Positions 9,977 through 18,852 of a DNA stretch of 64,000 nucleotides are shown here, piece by piece. The position numbers and the translations under genes are program-made. Numbering within the stretch: position 1 is the first letter of the stretch; every line of letters starts with the position of its first letter. Source of the DNA: Candidatus Falkowbacteria bacterium. GTDB taxonomy: Bacteria > Patescibacteriota > Patescibacteriia > CAIXNZ01. Below the pieces are notes generated by a model. That model was not told where the DNA came from and did no database searches. It saw only the letters and a list, made by a program, of their open reading frames with translations. The stretch lies in NCBI GenBank assembly GCA_963774955.1, contig CAVZGV010000003.1, positions 386,981-450,980 of the forward strand, in the 5' to 3' direction.

Positions 9977-12142
9977 ATGAAAAAATTAATTAGAGTTACA
10001 TTTTTTCTGGGGATCCTGGTGATTTTAGGTTTTAGTAGTCACAGTTCCTTTGCCGCTCAAAGCAATTTAACCTCCAGGGTTAAAGGCTATATTGTACTCA
10101 GCGTTGAAGAACACGGGGAAGCATATTATGTTGATCCCGTAACTTTAAAAGCGTATTACATGCAAAGTCCTGACAAGGCTTTTGAAATAATGAGAACTTT
10201 CGGCTTGGGGATTACTGATGAAAATTTGGCAAAAATTCCTTTGGCTGGAACTAGTCAAACAGGGGATTGGCAATTACGTAATAAATTAGCCGGGCGGATA
10301 TTATTACAGGTGCAAAAAAACGGGGAAGCCTGGTATGTCTACCCTGGCGATTTAAAAAGATATTATTTGGGTAGCCCGTTTGGAGCCTTTAATTTAATGA
10401 GAGCAAAAGGTTTGGGTATTTCCCACACTGATTTGTCTGATTTAACTGTTTGGAATGTTACAAATCCCATTAAATATAGTAACTCAGTGGAGACCATGAA
10501 AATGCTGACCGCCAAGGCAATTGAAAGTAGATATATAAGCTATACTTTGTCAGGTGACTATGAGAAATATGCTGAAAATAAATATTATGCCTATGGCGGA
10601 CTTGATTTAACATTTTATTGTCCACCACCACAAAGCTCTTTTCCTAATGCTTATTTGATTACTGGATATGGCGCTAGTGTGCCGTATGAGTGGGAACCAA
10701 TCAATCCCGTAGCGACCTATTGGCAATCGGTAAACAAGCTTTCTATGGTAGCCTATTCTCAGGATTTTACCATGGTCTGTCAAAAAAATGATGGTAGTTT
10801 GTATAAGAAAACTATTACTATCACCGAAAAAACAAGACCGCTTAGCACTCTTACTCAGTCAAAAGAAAATATTTGGGATTTTACCAAATGGCATGATGAA
10901 TCATCCGGCCCAGGTTTGGACAGCGGCTTAGCAGAGACTTATTATGACGGTACAGGAAAAAAAGTCATTAAATTAAATTCCATGAAAGGTGGTAATTATT
11001 ATATGGAAAAGTCATATTATTTAACGGTTGATAACAGTAGTGACCTGAATAATATTGTCAGTTGGGATTGGAAACAAGATTCGATTGATTCTCCTTACGG
11101 TTATGTCGGGGTGTATATTCAGTTTATGAATGCCCAAAAATTTACTAACCGCAGTACAGAATCATCTTATGTTCTTGGTACATATGATCTGTTTCGCCAT
11201 ACCGGTGATTTCTACAAATATAGCTGTGACAATCGCTATGCCGAATCAACTTTAGGCCCCAGTAAATATAACTGCAATGAGGAAATCGGAGCCAAAGACA
11301 GCTGGCAAAATGTGCAGTTAAATCTTCAGAATATCCTAAACAATAAGCTTTATGGGGTAGCCAAAGATCAGATTAAAGCTGTAAAAATAAAAATTGTATC
11401 ATACAATAATGCAGGCAGCGGTGCTGTGGCGTATTGGCGTGATTTTCAGATTAATTCAACCTCAGCCGGGACTTTGCAATCTGCTGACTATTTCAAGTTA
11501 AGCCCATATAATTTTAGCGTTAAAAAAGGCGGCGATCTTATTACTACCGACGGCGAGTATGTTAGCCCGTGGGATGGTAACTATTCATTTGGTTATAACG
11601 GTGATTATCTTTTCAAAGGAGTTAATTCAAAGCCTGCGGAAGGGTGTAATATACGTAAGTTTATTTATAATTTTCAGGATTTTGAAAATAAAACCGTGGA
11701 AATTACTTTTAAACGAAGTGCTTATGGGGCTTTGGATTTTTCTTTACAAAACGAGGCCGGTCAGTTTGTAGATTTTGACAGCGATTCAAATGATGTGCCG
11801 TCTAATCTGGTTCGGGCCTGTAATAATTATTTTAAATGTGATTATACCTGTAATGATTATGCCGGCGGCTGGATAGGCAGTGAATATGACTGGGGTCAGC
11901 TGACCAATGACAATCAGTGGCATACTTTATCAATCAGTAAATTTCCGGATAAATTTATTTTTAACCTCGATAATGGTAAAAAGATTAAAGAGGTTAGCTC
12001 AGTCTTCGGCTGTAATTTGGCCGGTAATGTCAGGGGGATGGATTATTCCGGCCAAGTCAGTTTAATGGTTAGCGGCTGGAGCTGTAAATGGAAAAGCGAT
12101 GATTTGAATTATGAAGTCAAGGAAATTAAAATAAGCCGATAA
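9977..12142 (+). CDS. Large secreted/surface protein
   Basis: Signal peptide; two copies of an (L)LQVxxxGEAWYV...LGI repeat also present in 29443..30405; beta-rich C-terminus. Confidence 0.8.
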   Translation: MKKLIRVTFFLGILVILGFSSHSSFAAQSNLTSRVKGYIVLSVEEHGEAYYVDPVTLKAYYMQSPDKAFEIMRTFGLGITDENLAKIPLAGTSQTGDWQLRNKLAGRILLQVQKNGEAWYVYPGDLKRYYLGSPFGAFNLMRAKGLGISHTDLSDLTVWNVTNPIKYSNSVETMKMLTAKAIESRYISYTLSGDYEKYAENKYYAYGGLDLTFYCPPPQSSFPNAYLITGYGASVPYEWEPINPVATYWQSVNKLSMVAYSQDFTMVCQKNDGSLYKKTITITEKTRPLSTLTQSKENIWDFTKWHDESSGPGLDSGLAETYYDGTGKKVIKLNSMKGGNYYMEKSYYLTVDNSSDLNNIVSWDWKQDSIDSPYGYVGVYIQFMNAQKFTNRSTESSYVLGTYDLFRHTGDFYKYSCDNRYAESTLGPSKYNCNEEIGAKDSWQNVQLNLQNILNNKLYGVAKDQIKAVKIKIVSYNNAGSGAVAYWRDFQINSTSAGTLQSADYFKLSPYNFSVKKGGDLITTDGEYVSPWDGNYSFGYNGDYLFKGVNSKPAEGCNIRKFIYNFQDFENKTVEITFKRSAYGALDFSLQNEAGQFVDFDSDSNDVPSNLVRACNNYFKCDYTCNDYAGGWIGSEYDWGQLTNDNQWHTLSISKFPDKFIFNLDNGKKIKEVSSVFGCNLAGNVRGMDYSGQVSLMVSGWSCKWKSDDLNYEVKEIKISR

Positions 12143-12190
12143 ATTAAAAATTAAAAAACTGCCAAGATACTTCTGCGGCAGTTTTTTAAA

Positions 12191-12460
12191 TAAAAAAAGA
12201 TCCCGCGTGGCAGGATCTTGGGGGTGTAAGGAGTGGGCGGCGCCTGCATAAAGGAGGAGTTACTGACTCGAAGGGAAAAAGGGGCAGGCGCCGCCCGTGG
12301 GTTGGTTAAAGAACTAAAAGATTTTAGAGAGGGGCCGTTCCTGCTTAACAATTTGATCAGAAGCTTTGCTTTGGAAGTTCTGAATAATTGGTCGCTGCTT
12401 ATCCGAGGGATTTGGTCTCAGCATTAGGACTAAGCAGGAACGGCCCGAAGTAAATTCGAT
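12191..12460 (-). ncRNA. Candidate structured ncRNA (~270 nt)
   Basis: TTGACT-17-TAGACT promoter (12495-12467); perfect 16-bp and 13-bp GC-rich stems; terminator hairpin plus U-run. Confidence 0.6.
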
Positions 12461-12505
12461 ATTACTAGTCTAACAAAACTTTTTAGTTGAGTCAATTAAA
12501 TAAAT

Positions 12506-12534
12506 AAAGCCTTCCGCATAGCGGAAGGCTTTTT
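12506..12534. terminator. Bidirectional intrinsic terminator
   Basis: AAAGCCTTCCGC-ATA-GCGGAAGGCTTT. Confidence 0.8.
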
Positions 12535-12538
12535 GTCA

Positions 12539-12739
12539 TCATTTGATGGTGATTTCAGTCTGGCAATTGGGGCAGGTAATTGTTGCCCCTTTGCTGACAA
12601 CCAAAATGTTGTTTGTGGTCAGTGCATGTTTTTGATCTTCGTTTAAATCTGCTTCAAGCACATGGAACCTGATTTCGGTTTTGCACCGGCAGATAAACGA
12701 TTCGACTATTAACGGCGCAGGCTGGTCATTCGTATCCAT
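12539..12739 (-). CDS. Small zinc-ribbon protein
   Basis: CRC and CPNC; GGAGG RBS; directly downstream of the DHH-like gene. Confidence 0.65.
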   Translation of the reverse strand: MDTNDQPAPLIVESFICRCKTEIRFHVLEADLNEDQKHALTTNNILVVSKGATITCPNCQTEITIK

Positions 12740-12756
12740 GATTACCTCCTTGGGTT

Positions 12757-13719
12757 TTAGTTTTGCTTAAGAAAGGTTTCAATGCGGTCAAAAAGTTGTT
12801 CTTGATCGAACTGGCTGCTTCCATTACGAGGGGAACCGCCAATGGAATCAGAGCCGTCCCAACGGTCAGTGTTGTCCGGGGCAATGCCTTCAAGTTCGTT
12901 GAGATAGTTAAAAAGTGTTTTGGGATCAAAGTCCGGAGCGACCAGATTGGAACGCTTGCCAATGACAAAGCGATGTTTAGCTTTGGAGTTTTGACCCAGA
13001 TAAATGACATAACAATTGATGCCGTCTTTGAACAGACCGTAACGAGCCTGGCGTCCGATTTCTTTGACCATGGCCCAGCCAGTTCCTGATTTGATCAGTT
13101 CATAGCGCATGTCAGCACCGATTGTTTGGCCCTGACCAATGGCATATTTCATGATGTTGTCCATCAGCGCCTGAAGCAGAATCAGCATTTCGGATGCAGA
13201 CAGTACGGCCAGCTTGCCTTCGGTGCGCAACTGGTCATATGGCTGAAAGATCCAGAAAATCGATTCCATGACATGCAGGTTGGGGAAGTATGGATATGAT
13301 CCGGCTGTGGCATCCAGGTTGCCTTCGACATTGACCAGCGCGTTAAGCGGTGCGCCGGCAGAATGGCTGGGGTTTAAAAGCAGCCAGATGGCCAGGGCAG
13401 TATCCTGGTCAATGTCATTGACCCAGATATGGCCTTTGATCTGGCCCTTGTCCCGGAAATTATCCAGTAAGCCCAGGTTTAGCGCGACCTGAACTTGGCC
13501 GCAGGTGGCTCGGGCAGCCAGACGCAGAATGCCGTCATGATGGTCAAAGTTGTATTTGCCGGCACGAGTTTCTGTAAACGGACCTCCGTTACAAAAACCG
13601 TCCAGGGCAATTGAATTTTTAGGGAACTTATTACTTAAAAATTCTTCCCGGGTCACAACTTTGCCAGGGATGATGTGAACTTCAAAAGTTCCGCTGTTAA
13701 ATATGATTTCATTCTCCAT
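12757..13719 (-). CDS. DHH-like phosphoesterase-fold protein
   Basis: ALDG, FDHH, DIDQD and C-terminal GGSPR motifs; AGGAGG RBS. Confidence 0.55.
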   Translation of the reverse strand: MENEIIFNSGTFEVHIIPGKVVTREEFLSNKFPKNSIALDGFCNGGPFTETRAGKYNFDHHDGILRLAARATCGQVQVALNLGLLDNFRDKGQIKGHIWVNDIDQDTALAIWLLLNPSHSAGAPLNALVNVEGNLDATAGSYPYFPNLHVMESIFWIFQPYDQLRTEGKLAVLSASEMLILLQALMDNIMKYAIGQGQTIGADMRYELIKSGTGWAMVKEIGRQARYGLFKDGINCYVIYLGQNSKAKHRFVIGKRSNLVAPDFDPKTLFNYLNELEGIAPDNTDRWDGSDSIGGSPRNGSSQFDQEQLFDRIETFLKQN

Positions 13720-13905
13720 TCTCTTCCTCCTTGTAAAGAACCCTGTGATATTTATGAAATTACTACTTTTTGTGAATTTTGTCAAGTAAGATTAATCCTG
13801 AAATTTTAACTAATTTCAGCTTGACAAAATTGGGTAGTTTTGCTTAAATATATTGATGGATAGAACCTTTAAAATTAGAGGAAAATAAAGATGAAGGAGG
13901 AAGAA

Positions 13906-14937
13906 ATGTCCAAGAAAATTCAGGTACCCACTACTGATTATTACGCCTTGTTGGGCGTACATGCCTGCGCCAGAGAGGAAGTTATTCAGGCGGCTCAAAA
14001 AGCACTGCAGAAAATTTATCATCCTGATAATATTAAAACCGGTGACGAAAAAATGTCACAACAGATCAATGAAGCTGCTACGGTGCTTTTGACTCCCAAG
14101 AAGCGTTCCGAATATGATCGCGAGCGCCTCAAAGCAGCTGAACAGCCGATTGTCGGCTATCGCTTGCTTAAAGAAATCGCCGAAGGCGGGTTTGGGACGA
14201 CATATCTGGCTGAACATCTTTTAACCGGAGAATATGTCTGCATCAAACACTGTCATCGCATTTCTGCTGCGGATAATGAGATTATTCTGCAGGAAGCCAA
14301 GGCTATCTGGAATCTGCGTCATTTTGCGATTCCGATTGTCCGTGATCTAATCAAAATGGCCGACGGCAGCCTGGCTCTGGTTATGTCCTATATTGAAGGA
14401 CCGACATTGGAACAGGTTGTCAAAAAGAAGGGCGCGCTGCATCCTGAAAATGTCTGCTGGATTACCCAGCGGATTTTGAATGCTCTGAAGTACATGCATT
14501 TTCACGGGGTGATTCACGGCGATGTCAAGCCGGCGAATACGATTGTTCAGCCCAAAGAGCACCTGATTACCTTGGTTGATTATGGCCTGGCCATGATCCG
14601 GCCGCGAGTTGATTCTGAAAGTCTGGGGTATACGCCTTACTTTGCTCCTCCGGAGCAGGAGAGAGGCGAGACCCTGCTGCCGGAATCTGATTTCTATGCG
14701 CTGGGTATGACCATGATTTTCGCCTTAAGCGGGGATATTGATCTGGTCGTAAAAAAGGAAGTGCCGGAAGACACGCCTGAGCCACTGTGCAAGTTTATCA
14801 GTAAACTGATTGTGCGCGATGTGCTGGGCCGTCCCAATTGGCAAAAGCTCGACCTCTTTGAAGAAATTCAAAAGGTCAGGGAACAATGTTTTGGACGTAA
14901 AGAGTCCAATCTTAAAGACTTGTTTGACGACAAATGA
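13906..14937 (+). CDS. DnaJ J-domain fused to a Hanks-type Ser/Thr kinase
   Basis: DYYALLGV...YHPD J-domain; GGFGTTY, CIK, HGDVKPAN, DYG, APPE kinase motifs. Confidence 0.9.
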   Translation: MSKKIQVPTTDYYALLGVHACAREEVIQAAQKALQKIYHPDNIKTGDEKMSQQINEAATVLLTPKKRSEYDRERLKAAEQPIVGYRLLKEIAEGGFGTTYLAEHLLTGEYVCIKHCHRISAADNEIILQEAKAIWNLRHFAIPIVRDLIKMADGSLALVMSYIEGPTLEQVVKKKGALHPENVCWITQRILNALKYMHFHGVIHGDVKPANTIVQPKEHLITLVDYGLAMIRPRVDSESLGYTPYFAPPEQERGETLLPESDFYALGMTMIFALSGDIDLVVKKEVPEDTPEPLCKFISKLIVRDVLGRPNWQKLDLFEEIQKVREQCFGRKESNLKDLFDDK

Positions 14938-14965
14938 ACAAGTAGAAAAAGAAAGGAGCAAGAAA

Positions 14966-15970
14966 ATGTCTGAAAGCGGTGATTACAGTCCCGGTGTATG
15001 GAAAGGTCATGATTTTAATAGCGCTCGCAAGCGTTATGATAATCATGTCGGCCGCAGTTATGCTGATGCTAAGGTAGAAAAAAAGACTCAAAAGGACATG
15101 ATTCCCAAGTCAATGGAAACCAAGAGTCAATCGCCTTTGGTAATCGTCTGCGATCAGACCGGTTCCATGGGCGACTGGCCGGCAACCATGTTTTCCAAAT
15201 TGCCTTATCTGGAACTGGAAGGCCAGGAATATCTGGGTAAGGACATGGAAATCAGCTGGGCCGCCATTGGCGATGCCCACAATAACGAGGATTATCCGCT
15301 TCAGGGCCGTCCCTTTACCAAGGGGACGACGCTGAAAACCGAACTTGAAAAATTAGTCATCGAAGGCAAGGGCGGGGGGCAGTATCATGAAACCTATGAA
15401 CTGGCAGCCTTGTATTATGCCCGCAATGTCAGCATGCCCAAAGCCATTCGTCCGATAATCATATTTATCGGTGATGAGATGCCCTATGACACAGTAACGG
15501 AAGACGATGCCCAAACCTATTCATTGGTCAAGACCGAAAAAAGTCTTTCAGTTAAAGAAATCTTCCAGGAACTGCAGGCCAAATTCGCAGTTTACGTCAT
15601 TCTCAAGCCATATAATCTTGATAGCGGCGATAATGACAGCATGAATCAGCAGGTTTACAAAACCTGGCTCGAATTGGTAGATGGTGATCATATCGCTGTC
15701 TTGCCTGATCCTCAACGCGTCGTGGACATCATATTCGGCATCCTCGCCAAGGAAACCGGCCGAGTCGAATACTTCCGCGAGGAAATCGAAGGTCGGCAAA
15801 AACCCGACCAGATAAAGGTGGCTTATAAGGCGTTAACCACCATCCATACGGAGACGGATGACAAGGGCAAAAAGCAACCGGCGCTACCTGAACACAAATC
15901 AGTGATGCGCAAGTCAACCGGCGGCAAGAAAAGCAAAAAGCTCCTGGTCAGTGACAGTGATGACGAGTAA
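14966..15970 (+). CDS. vWA-domain protein
   Basis: MIDAS DQTGSM, IGDA, IFIGDE; AGGAG RBS. Confidence 0.8.
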   Translation: MSESGDYSPGVWKGHDFNSARKRYDNHVGRSYADAKVEKKTQKDMIPKSMETKSQSPLVIVCDQTGSMGDWPATMFSKLPYLELEGQEYLGKDMEISWAAIGDAHNNEDYPLQGRPFTKGTTLKTELEKLVIEGKGGGQYHETYELAALYYARNVSMPKAIRPIIIFIGDEMPYDTVTEDDAQTYSLVKTEKSLSVKEIFQELQAKFAVYVILKPYNLDSGDNDSMNQQVYKTWLELVDGDHIAVLPDPQRVVDIIFGILAKETGRVEYFREEIEGRQKPDQIKVAYKALTTIHTETDDKGKKQPALPEHKSVMRKSTGGKKSKKLLVSDSDDE

Positions 15971-15984
15971 GGAGGCGACTGACA

Positions 15985-16944
15985 ATGTTTTGGCAAAGAA
16001 AAAAGCTTAAACAAAAATCAATCCCTCTGACCCTGATGGCTACGCTCTGGCCGAGCTTTCCGCATTTTAGCCGCTTTGCGCAGGATGATAGACTGGAGGC
16101 AATCAGGCTCAATAGTGCCATGATCACCAACGCCCAGCTTGATCAGGAACTGGATTTGGCTTTAAAGCCTGAAATAACTGTGCCTTTGTACTTTGATGTC
16201 AAAGGTCGGCAGCTGAGGGTGACAGAAGTCCATCTTAATGACAACTATCTGGATCTGACGTTGAATCATCCGATCAAAGTCAAGACGCCGACCATGGTGT
16301 TGTTCAAAGCCGGTGAAGACAGGTGTTTACTCAAAGAGGTCAGAGAAGACGGACGTAGACTGATTTTCGACGGCGGGCCTGACTTCATGGTCATTGCCGG
16401 AGAATCAATTCATATCCGTGATTCAAGCCTGCAGGTTTTTGGCTCGGTCTTTACGGATTCGGAAAAAGCCAAGATCGACAAGGTCTACAACGCCGGTTTT
16501 CGCAAGTTTTTTCTGTCTTATGTTCAGGCTCAGCGTGATATCGACGAATTCATGGAATTGGTCGGTTCTGACGTTGAGATTATGCTCAAGATAGAAAATA
16601 AGCAGGGCCTGGCTTTCGTAGCCAACGGCTTCAAGAAAAAGGAAAACCACAGACTGGTGGCAGCCCGGGGTGACATGTACGTGGAGATTGATCGTCCCCA
16701 TCAGATCATGGCCGCCCTGAAGCTGATCATTGCCAAAGATCCGCAGGCCAATGTGGGGTCGCGGATGCTTTTATCCATCGTGCATGAACCAGTGCCGTCC
16801 TGCGCTGACTTTCTGGAGTTGGCCTGGCTTTATGACATCGGTTATCGATCCATGATGCTCTGCGATGAGCTTTGCCTGAAAGAAGATTTGCTGGCAACAG
16901 CAGTCAATGCCTGGCACAGTTTCAAAGAAGAGTATACAAGTTAA
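15985..16944 (+). CDS. Divergent pyruvate-kinase-like barrel protein lacking the C-terminal regulatory domain
   Basis: ATLWPS, IRLN, DVKGRQLR, LSYV, KIE, ARGDMYVE align with PK motifs; only 319 aa. Confidence 0.75.
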   Translation: MFWQRKKLKQKSIPLTLMATLWPSFPHFSRFAQDDRLEAIRLNSAMITNAQLDQELDLALKPEITVPLYFDVKGRQLRVTEVHLNDNYLDLTLNHPIKVKTPTMVLFKAGEDRCLLKEVREDGRRLIFDGGPDFMVIAGESIHIRDSSLQVFGSVFTDSEKAKIDKVYNAGFRKFFLSYVQAQRDIDEFMELVGSDVEIMLKIENKQGLAFVANGFKKKENHRLVAARGDMYVEIDRPHQIMAALKLIIAKDPQANVGSRMLLSIVHEPVPSCADFLELAWLYDIGYRSMMLCDELCLKEDLLATAVNAWHSFKEEYTS

Positions 16945-17076
16945 CCAAACAAGGGAGCAGCAATGCTCCCTTTTATAATAGGTTTAATCTTGACAGCACG
17001 GGTTATTTTTGTTATAATAGATTGAAGCTTAGTTCTTTACATTAAAAAAGGTATTAGATAGTTTAAGGAGGCATAG

Positions 17077-17886
17077 ATGAGGAAATTTTGGTTGTTTGCA
17101 GTCATCGTCTTTATTTCTTTTTCAATGGTAATGAGCTGCGCTCAAGAGCCTGAAGAAAAGGACAAAATCAAAGTTACTCTGCCAGACAAACATTCTGATT
17201 CACCCGACTGGCAAAGCATCTATGAAGACAATATCAGATCAATCCCACAAATAGTCATTGAACAATGTTTTTTGAGCACTCATTATTGCCAGGAGTATTC
17301 CCAGGGCACAGCCTTTGTGGTTGATCAGGGAGTAGTGGCTACCAATTACCATCTGGCAGAATATTATTCTCTGACTGAGAAATCCAGTTCAGAGACGATT
17401 TTCTATCAGCTTTATCTTCGCTATCCTGCAACTAACACTCGCGAGGACAATTACTTTTTACCGGACAGATATTATGTCACAGGTTCTTATGGGTTAATTA
17501 ATCGGGACATGGCTCTGCTTCAAGTCAATACCTTGGGTAATGTTCCGGTTAAAATCACTGCTGCTGACTTTTGGTCATTGCAGACGGGCGACAAGATATT
17601 TATTGTCAGTTATCCCGGCAGCAGGGAATTTGTCGGGTCTGAAGGTAAAATATACGATATTTTTCGTAATGATGGCCTGGCTGACTGGATCGCCAATGAC
17701 ACCAAACTGATTGAGCACACAGCCGACACCTATTACGGCAGCAGCGGCGGACCAATTTTTAATGCCAAAGGTGAAGTCATTGGTATTCATTTTGCCGGTT
17801 TTGGCGACGGTTCGCCAACATCCCTGGCACTTTCGATTACCTATCTGCAAGGGATAGATTTCGAAAATGTACCTTTCGATTTTTGA
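17077..17886 (+). CDS. Trypsin-like serine protease lipoprotein
   Basis: Lipobox-like Cys; ATNYH, DMALL, GSSGGP catalytic motifs. Confidence 0.85.
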   Translation: MRKFWLFAVIVFISFSMVMSCAQEPEEKDKIKVTLPDKHSDSPDWQSIYEDNIRSIPQIVIEQCFLSTHYCQEYSQGTAFVVDQGVVATNYHLAEYYSLTEKSSSETIFYQLYLRYPATNTREDNYFLPDRYYVTGSYGLINRDMALLQVNTLGNVPVKITAADFWSLQTGDKIFIVSYPGSREFVGSEGKIYDIFRNDGLADWIANDTKLIEHTADTYYGSSGGPIFNAKGEVIGIHFAGFGDGSPTSLALSITYLQGIDFENVPFDF

Positions 17887-18004
17887 ATCACAAAAGACAG
17901 AATCCAATTCTGTCTTTTTTCTTTTTTAAAAATTAACTTCGTTGCGTTATGTTTTTAGGTCAGATGAACTATAAAAAAAGATCGCACAACTTAGCGCGAT
18001 CTAA

Positions 18005-18631
18005 TTAATTTTGATTTATTTTTAGTTTGTTTTTTGTCCAGGTACGTTTCCAATGGTCATCTGTTTGTACATGACCTTGCCGTACCCATTTGGCAATTGA
18101 TACATTGAATTCAGACAGTGGGAATGAATCAACCAGTCTGACAACATATCCTTCAATCTGATTTCCAAAATTTGACTTGGGTGGCAAATCGAACTTTTGA
18201 GGAAAAATTCCTTCATATAAAATCGGCACATAGGCCAATCCGAGCTGACAACAGAGAGTTATCGTCTCTTCAACTGACAGGACCATTTTTTTGTTTAAAT
18301 CAATGGCAGAAAACACGAAATACCATTGAGTTAATTGGTCATAAAAAATTGAATGTTTGGCATAAAGATATTCTCCGGAAATTTGGATATTAGCCGGAAT
18401 GTGATATCTAATTTGAGCATGCAAAGACTTGATAAAGCTTTGAGACTGATGGTTCATGTTGTTCTGGCTACGAGCATGGATCCTATCTCTATATAAAGAG
18501 ATATTTTCGCCGTCAAGTTTTTCCATGATGACAACATTTTTACCATTAAAACATGCTTTGGATTTTAATACTTTGTCATCACGAGTAATGCCTGGGGAAT
18601 TGGGCAGATGGTATATTTTGGGCCATTTCAT
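18005..18631 (-). CDS. RNA ligase family protein
   Basis: EKLDGEN adenylation motif, GEYLY, EGYVVR, AKWVR. Confidence 0.85.
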   Translation of the reverse strand: MKWPKIYHLPNSPGITRDDKVLKSKACFNGKNVVIMEKLDGENISLYRDRIHARSQNNMNHQSQSFIKSLHAQIRYHIPANIQISGEYLYAKHSIFYDQLTQWYFVFSAIDLNKKMVLSVEETITLCCQLGLAYVPILYEGIFPQKFDLPPKSNFGNQIEGYVVRLVDSFPLSEFNVSIAKWVRQGHVQTDDHWKRTWTKNKLKINQN

Positions 18632-18852
18632 TATAATAACCTCCTGAAATTTTAAGGTTCATACTGATTATTTAATTTAGCATAGTAATTGTATTTTGTC
18701 AATTATGATTGATTGGTCAAACTGTTAAAATTCGTGTAAAATAACATTATATTTTAATATGATCGAAAATAAAGAAAAATTTAATATGCAGCCCGCCTTC
18801 GCTCTTCATGCTTCAGAGCTACGGCGGACTCCTTGGTTAAGAAATCAAAGTT

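Noticed and set aside
12390-12425. SRP RNA domain IV resemblance (UCC...GGA..AAGCAGC on the minus strand)
   Set aside because: Lacks the GNRA tetraloop and CAGG; too weak to call
12233-12427. Short + strand ORF, and 12151..12351 on the minus strand
   Set aside because: No RBS or protein-like features; the region is better explained by RNA stems with a promoter and terminator
15985-16944. Assigning the symbol pyk
   Set aside because: Missing C domain and altered conserved motifs; left as PK-like
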